Assembly: GCA_030654075.1 (NCBI GenBank) | Contig: JAURYB010000178.1 | Coordinates: forward strand, 6,446 to 70,445 | DNA: 64,000 bases | Origin: Bacteroidales bacterium | GTDB taxonomy: Bacteria; Bacteroidota; Bacteroidia; Bacteroidales; UBA4417 | Reading direction: 5' to 3' | Part shown: positions 36,247 to 44,123 of the stretch, piece after piece | Layout of the letters: every line of letters starts with the position of its first letter | How positions within the stretch are numbered: position 1 is the stretch's first letter | Notes under the pieces: model-generated | Seen by the model: only the letters and a program-made list of their open reading frames with translations | Database searches by the model: none | Told to the model about the DNA's origin: nothing | Translations under genes and position numbers: made by a program

Positions 36247-38085
36247 TTATTTTATCATTTTCAGAAAGTTAACTTCCTTTTCGGTAAGGAAACGCCAGCG
36301 GCCGCGCGGTAAATCTTTCTTATTCAGACCTGCAAAGATCATCCTGTCGAGTTTTACTACTTCATAACCAAGGGCTTCAAAAATACGGCGGACAATCCGG
36401 TTTTTGCCCGAATGGAGCTCAACACCAATTTCCTTTTTGCTCTTTCCGCTTTCGTCGTACGAAATCTCGTCGACCATCGCAATTCCGTCTTCCAGTTCAA
36501 CACCTTCGCCGATTTTTAAAAGATCAGCTTTTGTAAGTGGTTTGTCGAGCTCAACATGATATACCTTGCGCACTTTGTGGCTTGGATGCATCAGTTTGGT
36601 GGCTAATTCACCATCGTTAGTGAACAGCAGTAGACCACTGGTATTACGGTCGAGACGACCAACAGGATAAATCCGCTCACGGCCTGCGTCAGCTACCAAC
36701 GACATTACCGTGTTACGGTCGAACGGATCGTCAGTTGTGGTAATATAGCCTTTTGGTTTATTGAGAAGAAGATATACTAATTTTTCCCTGCGTACTTTTT
36801 CGTCGCCGTACTGAACTTTATCAGTAGGTAATATTTTGGTTCCCAATTCGGTAACCACAATACCATTTACCATAACAGCGCCGGCAACAATCAGTTCATC
36901 CGCCTCACGACGTGAGCATATACCTGAGTTGGAAAGGAATTTGTTTAAGCGAATGCTGCCATCAGGACTTGGGATTCCTGGTTTACTTCCAGGGTAATCT
37001 TTTTTTCCTGGTTTGCGATCGTAGCTGCTTTTGCGATCTGATGATCTTTCATAGGTTTTACGGGCGGGTCTTTCACCCTCACCGCTTCTTTCGTAAGGAC
37101 GGCGGGCAGGTCTGTCGCCTTCGCCGCTTTTATCAAAGGAGCGGCGCGCTGGTCTTTCACTATCGCCACTTCTTTCGTAGGGTTTACGTTCAGGTCTTGG
37201 GCTATCTCCGCTTCTGTCGAATGAACGGCGTTCCGGTCTTTCACCATCTTCACTTTTATCAAACGAACGGCGGGCTGGCCTATCGCCATCGCCACTTCTT
37301 TCGTAAGGTTTACGTGCTGGCCTTTCACCGCCTCCGCTTCTGTCGAATGAGCGACGTGCTGGCCTTTCACCATCTCCGCTTTTATCAAATGAACGGCGGG
37401 CTGGTCTTTCGCCTTCACCGCTTCTTTCGTAGGGTTTACGGGCTGACCTATCGCCATCGCCACTTTTATCGAATGAACGGCGGGCAGGTCTTTCTCCGTC
37501 ACCGCTTCTTTCGTAAGGTTTACGTTCAGGTCTTTCACCGTCTCCACTCCTGTCGAATGAACGACGTTCTGGCCTGGCTTCGCCACCACTCTTATCAAAT
37601 GAGCGACGTTCTGGTCTTTCTCCTTCACCGCTTCTTTCGTAGGGTTTACGGGCTGGCCTATCGCCATCGCCACTTTTATCGAATGAACGGCGGGCAGGTC
37701 TTTCTCCGTCACCGCTTCTTTCGTAAGGTTTGCGTGCTGGCCTTTCACCTTCGCCACTCTTTTCGAATGAACGGCGGGCTGGCCTTTCACCATCTCCGCT
37801 TCTTTCGTAAGGACGACGAGCTGGTCTTTCACCTTCGCCACTCTTATCGAATGAGCGACGCGCTGGTCTTTCGTTATCACTGCTTTTGTCGAATGAACGA
37901 CGGGCTGGTCTTTCGGCATCACTGCTTTTGTTATAAGACCGACGTGGGGCTTCATCTTTCCCCGCACCTCTGCTGCTGCTTCTACCTGTTGATGAAGGTC
38001 TTCCGCTACCAGGGGCTGAACTTCTTTTAGGCCGGGAATCACTATTCTTCGGGGTTCCCTTACCCGGCCTGCTATTGCGTTGCAT
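36247..38085 (-). CDS. rluB: 23S rRNA pseudouridine synthase (RluB/RsuA family) with ~350-aa N-terminal basic tandem-repeat extension
   Basis: The C-terminal 260 aa carry an S4 domain (IRLNKFLSNSGICSRREADELI) and the catalytic motif PVGRLDRNTSGLLLFTNDG. The N-terminus has about 21 copies of a 14-aa unit (ERPARRSFDKSGDG alternating with ERPARKPYERSGDG). Confidence 0.9.
   Translation of the reverse strand: MQRNSRPGKGTPKNSDSRPKRSSAPGSGRPSSTGRSSSRGAGKDEAPRRSYNKSSDAERPARRSFDKSSDNERPARRSFDKSGEGERPARRPYERSGDGERPARRSFEKSGEGERPARKPYERSGDGERPARRSFDKSGDGDRPARKPYERSGEGERPERRSFDKSGGEARPERRSFDRSGDGERPERKPYERSGDGERPARRSFDKSGDGDRSARKPYERSGEGERPARRSFDKSGDGERPARRSFDRSGGGERPARKPYERSGDGDRPARRSFDKSEDGERPERRSFDRSGDSPRPERKPYERSGDSERPARRSFDKSGEGDRPARRPYERSGEGERPARKTYERSSDRKSSYDRKPGKKDYPGSKPGIPSPDGSIRLNKFLSNSGICSRREADELIVAGAVMVNGIVVTELGTKILPTDKVQYGDEKVRREKLVYLLLNKPKGYITTTDDPFDRNTVMSLVADAGRERIYPVGRLDRNTSGLLLFTNDGELATKLMHPSHKVRKVYHVELDKPLTKADLLKIGEGVELEDGIAMVDEISYDESGKSKKEIGVELHSGKNRIVRRIFEALGYEVVKLDRMIFAGLNKKDLPRGRWRFLTEKEVNFLKMIK
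37030..37914 (-). repeat. Coding tandem repeat inside rluB: about 21 x 42 nt (14 aa), with an 84-nt super-period
   Basis: The protein-level units ERPARRSFDKSGDG and ERPARKPYERSGDG alternate. All three frames on both strands stay open here, which produces two long spurious ORFs in the track. Confidence 0.95.
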
Positions 38086-38278
38086 AAAACTGTAATTTTT
38101 GCAAAGATATGCATTTTAACGCCACAAATTATAAAGCCGGCTTCACCAGGCCACATTAGCTATTTATAATCAGCACATAATCTGATATTTGCATAAACCG
38201 ACAGGCTCAGGCATATACTGAACTGAATCAGCCCAATACATTTTCAAACATCTCCATGGTTTTTAGTCGAATATTTAC

Positions 38279-38286
38279 TATATTTG
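38279..38286 (+). promoter_or_regulatory. -7 box TATATTTG (DUF2007-Usp-Usp gene)
   Basis: Matches the TAnnTTTG consensus. It lies 38 nt upstream of the ATG at 38324. Confidence 0.55.
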
Positions 38287-38323
38287 TATTTGATACATCG
38301 TTTTCTTTTTGAAAGGAGGAAAA

Positions 38324-39448
38324 ATGAAACTCGCTAAAGAAAGAATCATCACGGTAGGGCATTTCACATGGTCGAGGGCTTTGCTGATGCAGATTATATT
38401 ACAGGATAGCGGCATTGATTGTTTTGCAGTTCCCAAGGATACAGTGCTTCCCCGGGGATATGCTGACCTGCGGGTTAAGGAAGCAGATCTTGAAAAGGCT
38501 CTTAAGATCATTGATCTTGCCTCGAAGGAAACAGGAAGTGCTAAAGAAAATGCTATCCATCGGATCCAGGTAGTCAGACGTATTATGGTGCCTGTTGATT
38601 TTTCAGATATTTCATTCGATGCCAGTCGGTTCGCCGTGAGCCTGGCTTCCAAATTTAAAGCTGAGGTTAAACTGGTTCATATTTTTTATAACCCGGCTAT
38701 TGATGTTTCACCTTATGCCGATCATTATTCTTACCAGATAAAATTAGTTGAAAGCCTGCGCGAAATAGAAAAAAGCGCACGCGAAAATATGATCAAGCTG
38801 GAGCATAAACTGAAGATGTGGTGCATCAAGGAAAACCTGGCACAAATTCGTGTTACGGCAAAGCTTATTAACGGTTTCAGCACCGACGAGATTCTCAATT
38901 ACAGTAAAGTTTACAAGCCGGCAATCATAATAATGGGTACCCGTGGACTAACACGCGACAACTACAAAGCATTCGGCAGGGTAGCGAGTAAAGTAATCGA
39001 AAACTCGGATATTCCTGTTTTGGCGCTCCCTTCAGGCACGGCCAAGACAATCGGAGAAATAAAATCAGTAATGTATGCCACTGACCTGGATCCTTCGGAT
39101 TATTCGGCGCTCAACCGCTTAATACAGATGATGGCTCCGTTTAAAATCAAAATTCATTGTGTCCACATCTGTTTTGTTGAGAAAAAGCCATGGGATTCTG
39201 TTAAACTTGAAGAGCTGAAGGTGCATTTAAAAAATGAATACAAAGGAATTGATATAAGTTTCAATAATATAGTAAGTGATAATGTGGTGAATGGCCTTGA
39301 GACCTATATCAGAGACAACGATATAGATGCCTTAGCTGTTACAACGCACAAACGAAATCTGCTTGAAAAAATATTTATTCCCAGCGTTTCACGCAAGATT
39401 TACAGTGAAACCGGAAAGCCTTTGCTGGTGTTTCATGCCCGGGAGTAG
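38324..39448 (+). CDS. Fusion protein: DUF2007-like N-terminal domain + two universal stress protein (Usp) domains
   Basis: The ATG at 38324 is preceded by AAAGGAGGA. The N-terminal ~70 aa (HFTWSRALLMQIILQDSGIDCF...) resemble a DUF2007 fold. Two Usp-like halves follow (RIMVPVDFSD...IIIMGTRG and VMYATDLDPSD...ALAVTTHKRN). Confidence 0.7.
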   Translation: MKLAKERIITVGHFTWSRALLMQIILQDSGIDCFAVPKDTVLPRGYADLRVKEADLEKALKIIDLASKETGSAKENAIHRIQVVRRIMVPVDFSDISFDASRFAVSLASKFKAEVKLVHIFYNPAIDVSPYADHYSYQIKLVESLREIEKSARENMIKLEHKLKMWCIKENLAQIRVTAKLINGFSTDEILNYSKVYKPAIIIMGTRGLTRDNYKAFGRVASKVIENSDIPVLALPSGTAKTIGEIKSVMYATDLDPSDYSALNRLIQMMAPFKIKIHCVHICFVEKKPWDSVKLEELKVHLKNEYKGIDISFNNIVSDNVVNGLETYIRDNDIDALAVTTHKRNLLEKIFIPSVSRKIYSETGKPLLVFHARE

Positions 39449-39603
39449 AGATTTCAGGTTTTAGAAATCATCCGGTAAGTGAAGCTCTTTTAGCTAAAAA
39501 AGAAACCGGTATCACTTTTCACAGCTCACTATTTGTAACCCCGAGGGCCAGCCCTGAGTTTGCCGAAGAGAAGGCACTCTACACTATTCATTATTCACTT
39601 CGA

Positions 39604-39966
39604 TTACATTCGCGCCATAAAAGCATCTTTAATATGGTTCAGCACCACTTTACCCCCACCCAGTAAAATCCCGATCACATCAAAACGTGTCTCCCCTTTA
39701 AAATCAGCAAATTGGATATACACATCCGCCGTACGGACAATGGCTTTCATTTTGGCTGGCTTTACTTCCATTTCCGGTTCGCCATAATAATCTGTGGTTC
39801 GGGTTTTAACTTCTACAATTACGAGCCATTCGCCATCGCGGGCAATAATATCCAGTTCATCGTGGCCAAAATGCCAGTTGCGGTGTAAGATCTGGTAACC
39901 TATTTGCCGGAGGTGTTTTTCGGCAAGGTCCTCACCTATTTTTCCCAGTTCATTGTGGTCTGCCAT
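39604..39966 (-). CDS. yraN: YraN family (UPF0102) endonuclease-like protein
   Basis: 120 aa. GEDLAEKHLRQIGYQILHRNW....ELDIIARDGEWLVIVEVKTR is the family signature. Confidence 0.88.
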   Translation of the reverse strand: MADHNELGKIGEDLAEKHLRQIGYQILHRNWHFGHDELDIIARDGEWLVIVEVKTRTTDYYGEPEMEVKPAKMKAIVRTADVYIQFADFKGETRFDVIGILLGGGKVVLNHIKDAFMARM

Positions 39967-40312
39967 CTGAAGGGTTTTAGTATTTAATCTTTTAATTTAT
40001 TCGCTCCTTGCTTATTTTAAATGAGCTCACTTCGGCAAGCTCAGTGCATCGCATGAGATCGCTGCGCTATGTTGATGTTTTTTCTGGCACAATATTTCAG
40101 GAAGGAATTAAAAACATTAAACACAAAATGTAAAAGTATCGTACACTCCCTTGCTTTAGTGTTTTTTATTCTGTGTTATATGTTTTTCATTACTTTTTGA
40201 TTCTGGCTTGTCCAGGTTAGGTTAAAAGGGTTTCAGGGTTCAAGTGTTCCGGTACTCCAACTTTACTGTAAAAAAACAAAATGATTCAGCAATACTGGTT
40301 ACCAAGGTTTTT

Positions 40313-41338
40313 TCATTTTAAAAATAACCTGATCAGGTAAAGGATTAAATAAATAAAAGCAAAGAATCCTAAAAAGAAGATTGCCGGTTTTAAGATTTTG
40401 CGAAATATGCTTCCCTTTTTAGCTGTTTCACCCGATGGTAAAAACTGAACTGAAACGTCGTTTGGAGTAATATTTAACTGAACTTCCCGGCCCAAAATCA
40501 AAGCGCGGTTATCGGCGATATGACCGGCAGGGAAATTGAAACAGAGCGGAATTCCGGTATCTTCAGCGTATTCCGCAATAATTTGCTCAGCCTGTTTACC
40601 GAAAGGGACAGTGTTGTCATTCATTTTGGTTAAACCACCAACAATCAGTCCCTTAATTCCTGAAATCTTGCCGCTTCGTTTCAGGTTCATCATCATACGA
40701 TCAATATGATACAGGTATTCATCCAGGTCCTCGATAAAAAGAATTTTATCCTGGGTTTGAATATCTGAAGGTGTTCCTGTAAGTGAATACAGAATGGAAA
40801 GATTCCCCCCGGTAAGTACACCCGAAACATTGCCGGTATTATTTAATGGATGACTCCCGATGTTATATTCAAGAGTTTCACCAAATAACGCTTTTCGCAA
40901 TGATTCAACGGCTGCTTCTGTGCCTTCATCCGGGAAATTGATCGGCATAGTGGCATGAAGGGTTTCAATACCAAACTGCGTTTGAATATGTGAATGCAAT
41001 ACTGTGATATCGCTGTAACCAACAATCCATTTCGGGTATTGCTCAAAGGTGGAGAAATCCAAACTGTCAATTATCCTGACAGTTCCATAACCGCCTCTGG
41101 CGCAAATAATTGCTTTAATTTCCTTATCATCAAGCATCATCTGCAAATCAGAAGTGCGCTCCTCGTCCGTACCCGAATACTGATCAGTTGAGCCAAATAA
41201 ATGCGGCCCGGTAATCACCTGCAATCCCCAGGAATGGAAAGTGTTGATAGCAACATCCATCTCGGATGGGCTTACCTTTCGGGCGGTAGCAATTATGGCA
41301 ATCTTATCACCGGATTTCAGGAAGGGAGGAGTAATCAT
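40313..41338 (-). CDS. LD-carboxypeptidase (peptidase S66, muramoyltetrapeptide carboxypeptidase-like) with C-terminal membrane anchor
   Basis: PPFLKSGDKIAIIATA, IICARGGYG and GYSDITVLH (nucleophile Ser) are present. There is an extra hydrophobic tail (PAIFFLGFFAFIYLILYLI). Confidence 0.85.
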   Translation of the reverse strand: MITPPFLKSGDKIAIIATARKVSPSEMDVAINTFHSWGLQVITGPHLFGSTDQYSGTDEERTSDLQMMLDDKEIKAIICARGGYGTVRIIDSLDFSTFEQYPKWIVGYSDITVLHSHIQTQFGIETLHATMPINFPDEGTEAAVESLRKALFGETLEYNIGSHPLNNTGNVSGVLTGGNLSILYSLTGTPSDIQTQDKILFIEDLDEYLYHIDRMMMNLKRSGKISGIKGLIVGGLTKMNDNTVPFGKQAEQIIAEYAEDTGIPLCFNFPAGHIADNRALILGREVQLNITPNDVSVQFLPSGETAKKGSIFRKILKPAIFFLGFFAFIYLILYLIRLFLK

Positions 41339-41512
41339 TTAAGCGGATTTGAATTATCAAAAGTAATGAATCCCGGTGTAAACTGTTTATTCCAAAGAAA
41401 AGAAAAACCACGGAGACACAAAGGGCACTAAGGGACACTGAGATAAGAAAGTTTTATTGCCAACTCCTCAGCCATTAAAGAAGTTGGTTTTATGAAAAAG
41501 AAAAAGTTGAAA

Positions 41513-41536
41513 CACATAGGCACATAGGTCACATAG
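41513..41536. repeat. 3 x octamer CACATAGG (third copy shifted/degenerate)
   Basis: Read directly: cacatagg cacatagg tcacatag. Confidence 0.85.
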
Positions 41537-41656
41537 AATAGCCTTCCTCCGTATTTCTTTGTGTACTCTGTGCCTCCGTGAAAAAAAATTAAGTCCATAA
41601 TATCGCTATGAAAAACAAAGCCCAATTCTTCTACTTTTAAAAGAGTGGAGTTTTAG

Positions 41657-41691
41657 CCCCTAAAACCTAAATCCTAAACCCCAAACCCTAA
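41657..41691. repeat. CCCTAAA/CCTAAAT/CCCCAAA telomere-like degenerate heptamers
   Basis: Read directly: cccctaaaacctaaatcctaaaccccaaaccctaa. It lies 41 nt upstream of the metG -7 box. Confidence 0.9.
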
Positions 41692-41731
41692 TTCATCGCA
41701 AAAAACCCATTTCAATTCATAACCTATTCAG

Positions 41732-41739
41732 TATCTTTG
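41732..41739 (+). promoter_or_regulatory. -7 box TATCTTTG (metG)
   Basis: Matches the TAnnTTTG consensus. It lies 27 nt upstream of the ATG at 41766. Confidence 0.6.
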
Positions 41740-41765
41740 CACCCTATTTTACCAGGAGGAGAATC

Positions 41766-43829
41766 ATGACTGATACCAATACCAAAACTTTTAAACGCTA
41801 TACTGTAACTTCTGCTTTGCCTTATGCAAATGGTCCGATACATATTGGTCACCTTGCAGGGGTTTATATTCCGGCAGATATTTATGTCAGATTCCTACGC
41901 TCAAACAGGCGAGATGTTTTGTTTGTAGGCGGAAGTGATGAACATGGCGTTCCTATTACCATCAGGGCAACTAAAGAAGGCATAACTCCTCAACAGGTGG
42001 TTGACAAATACCACGAAATCATTAAAAAATCCTTTGAAGAATTAGGAATTTCCTTCGATATTTATAGCCGCACCTCCGCTCCTATTCACCATGAAACAGC
42101 CTCAGAGTTCTTCAGAAAATTATACGACAATAACCAGTTTATTGAAAAAGAGAGTGAGCAGTATTACGATGTGGAAGCCCAGCAATTCCTGGCTGACCGT
42201 TATATAACCGGCACCTGCCCTCGCTGCGGGAATGAGCGTGCTTACGGCGATCAGTGCGAAAACTGCGGGTCAACTCTCAGCGCTACAGAGCTGATCAATC
42301 CAAAGTCAGCACTTAGCGGGAACATCCCGGTAATGAAAGAAACAAAACACTGGTTTTTGCCGCTCGATCAATATGAAACCTGGCTCAAAGAATGGATTCT
42401 TGTATCGCATCGAGATGACTGGAAAACCAATGTTTACGGGCAGTGCAAGTCGTGGCTCGACAGCGGGCTGCAACCTCGAGCCGTTACCCGCGACCTGGAT
42501 TGGGGAGTAAAAGTTCCGGTTGAAGGTGCCGAAGGAAAAGTGTTGTATGTATGGTTCGATGCTCCGATAGGATATATTTCGGCTACCCGCGACTGGTCGT
42601 CACAAACCGGGAAAGATTGGGTGCCTTACTGGAAATCCGATGATACTAAACTGGTGCATTTCATTGGAAAAGACAATATCGTTTTCCATTGCATCATTTT
42701 CCCGGCAATGCTGAAAGCTGAAGGAACTTATATTTTGCCTGAAAACGTACCTGCCAATGAATTTTTAAATCTCGAAGGGGATAAAATCTCTACTTCCCGC
42801 AACTGGGCAGTCTGGCTTCATGAGTACCTGGTGGATTTCCCCGGTAAACAGGATGTTCTGAGATATACTTTAGCTGCCAATGCTCCCGAAACCAAGGACA
42901 ACGATTTTACCTGGAAAGATTTCCAAACCCGTAACAACAGCGAGTTACTTGCCATTTTCGGGAACTTCGTAAACCGCACTTTGGTTCTTACTCACAAATA
43001 TTTTGGTGGCGAGGTTCCTGCCATAGGCGAAGTAACTGATATTGACCGACAGGCAATGTCAGAAATAGCTGATTTCCCTGCTCGTATCGCTGCCAGTATC
43101 GAGAGTTACCGCTTCCGCGAAGCGTTGAATGAAATGATGAACCTTGCCAGACTTGGAAACAAATACTTAACTGAAACTGAACCCTGGAAGAATTTTACTT
43201 CAAATCCTGAAAAGGTAAAAACCATACTGAATATTTCGTTGCAAATTTGCGCAAACCTGGCTATTCTATGCGAGCCTTTCCTGCCATTTACATCAGCAAA
43301 GCTACTCGAAATGCTTAATGCCAGCCTGGAGCCATGGGCTGAAGCGGGATCGTGTACCTTACTGACACCCAGACATAAACTGAACCAACCAGCATTACTT
43401 TTCGATCGAATCGAAGACGATGTTATTGCGGCGCAAGTAAAAAGACTTACCGATACAAAAGCTGAAAACGCGGCTGAAAACGCAGTAATCGCTCCTCAGA
43501 AACCGGAAATCACATACGACGATTTCACCAAACTCGATTTAAGGATCGGAACCATTATTGAAGCCGAAAAGGTGGCTAAAACCGTTAAGTTATTGAAACT
43601 TACCATAGATACAGGAATGGACAAGCGCACCGTGGTATCAGGCATTGCCGAACATTATTCGCCTGAACAGGTAATCGGACAGAAAGTAGTTTTACTGGCT
43701 AACCTTGCTCCGCGCAACCTGAAAGGCATTGAATCAAAAGGCATGATACTGATGGCTGAAAACAATGAAGGAAAACTCTGTTTTGTTTCGCCTACTGAAG
43801 CTTTTGGAAATGGGAGTGAAGTAAGATAG
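41766..43829 (+). CDS. metG: Methionyl-tRNA synthetase with C-terminal tRNA-binding (EMAP/Trbp111-like) domain
   Basis: Has the HIGH motif (PIHIGHLAG), a CPRCG...CENCG zinc knuckle, a KISTSRNW (KMSKS-type) motif, and the C-terminal [14 protein letters not shown]...GMIL. Confidence 0.97.
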   Translation: MTDTNTKTFKRYTVTSALPYANGPIHIGHLAGVYIPADIYVRFLRSNRRDVLFVGGSDEHGVPITIRATKEGITPQQVVDKYHEIIKKSFEELGISFDIYSRTSAPIHHETASEFFRKLYDNNQFIEKESEQYYDVEAQQFLADRYITGTCPRCGNERAYGDQCENCGSTLSATELINPKSALSGNIPVMKETKHWFLPLDQYETWLKEWILVSHRDDWKTNVYGQCKSWLDSGLQPRAVTRDLDWGVKVPVEGAEGKVLYVWFDAPIGYISATRDWSSQTGKDWVPYWKSDDTKLVHFIGKDNIVFHCIIFPAMLKAEGTYILPENVPANEFLNLEGDKISTSRNWAVWLHEYLVDFPGKQDVLRYTLAANAPETKDNDFTWKDFQTRNNSELLAIFGNFVNRTLVLTHKYFGGEVPAIGEVTDIDRQAMSEIADFPARIAASIESYRFREALNEMMNLARLGNKYLTETEPWKNFTSNPEKVKTILNISLQICANLAILCEPFLPFTSAKLLEMLNASLEPWAEAGSCTLLTPRHKLNQPALLFDRIEDDVIAAQVKRLTDTKAENAAENAVIAPQKPEITYDDFTKLDLRIGTIIEAEKVAKTVKLLKLTIDTGMDKRTVVSGIAEHYSPEQVIGQKVVLLANLAPRNLKGIESKGMILMAENNEGKLCFVSPTEAFGNGSEVR

Positions 43830-43942
43830 ATGTAACAGCTTTAAGTGTAAAGCTTTAATTCTTCAATTATAATTGAAGCTAATTCCGGAATTTTTTATTC
43901 CCGGAATAATACATTCTAAAAAAGATATTTGATTTATAGATT

Positions 43943-44021
43943 CCCCGACCTTGGTTCGGCAAGCTCACCAACCGGGTCGGGGCAAAAGAAAGTTCGGCAA
44001 ACTCACCAACCGAGGTCAGGG
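43943..44021. repeat. GC-rich hairpin module plus a 28-nt direct repeat (TTCGGCAARCTCACCAACCGRGGTCRGGG, two copies)
   Basis: Copies at 43955-43982 and 43993-44021 are 25/28 identical. The first is embedded in the hairpin CCCCGACC-TTGGT...ACCAA-CC-GGGTCGGGG. Confidence 0.9.
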
Positions 44022-44027
44022 ATAATT

Positions 44028-44083
44028 GCCCCTTAGGGTTTCGCCCCTTAGGGTTTCGCCCCTTCGCTCCTCGCCCTATCGCC
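44028..44083. repeat. 15-nt tandem repeat GCCCCTTAGGGTTTC x2, decaying to GCCCCTTCGCTCCTC / GCCCTATC
   Basis: Read directly. Confidence 0.92.
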
Positions 44084-44123
44084 ACCTCAACTTGTTATAC
44101 TAATTCACACGTCAACCCGTGAA

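Noticed and set aside
35980-36312. 110-aa + strand ORF
   Set aside because: It lies antisense across tRNA-Leu and the rluB 3' end. The tRNA cloverleaf explains the sequence.
36912-38156. Two very long ORFs (372 aa on the + strand at 36912..38030, 403 aa on the - strand at 36945..38156) overlapping rluB
   Set aside because: They are alternative-frame readings of the 42-nt coding tandem repeat, which lacks stops in every frame. Their products are monotonous (FHRLRFCRMN... and KDQPAVHS...). The rluB frame alone continues into a bona fide S4 + pseudouridine synthase domain.
40083-40100. Sigma-54-like promoter candidate CTGGCACAATATTTCAG
   Set aside because: The -24 TGGCAC is present but the -12 element is TTCA rather than TTGC. 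No + strand gene lies downstream for 1.6 kb.
41428-41625. 65-aa minus-strand ORF inside the 41409-41580 inverted-repeat region
   Set aside because: Its composition is implausible (FFFFIKP, runs of F/Y) and it overlaps the repeat modules. It is more likely non-coding.
43837-43905. Three consecutive small hairpins right after the metG stop, as a canonical terminator
   Set aside because: The stems are 7-8 bp and AT-rich, and none is followed by a clean U-tract (the T-run lies in the loop of the third hairpin). They may contribute to termination, but I could not support a confident call.
13671-44083. Possibility that the short tandem arrays are CRISPR arrays
   Set aside because: The units are 7-15 nt and directly abutting, with no unique spacers of about 30 nt. 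No cas genes are in the window.
43879-44085. 68-aa minus-strand ORF (GRNPKGRNPKG...)
   Set aside because: It is a translation of the 15-nt and 28-nt intergenic repeats, which suggests a repeat artefact rather than a gene.
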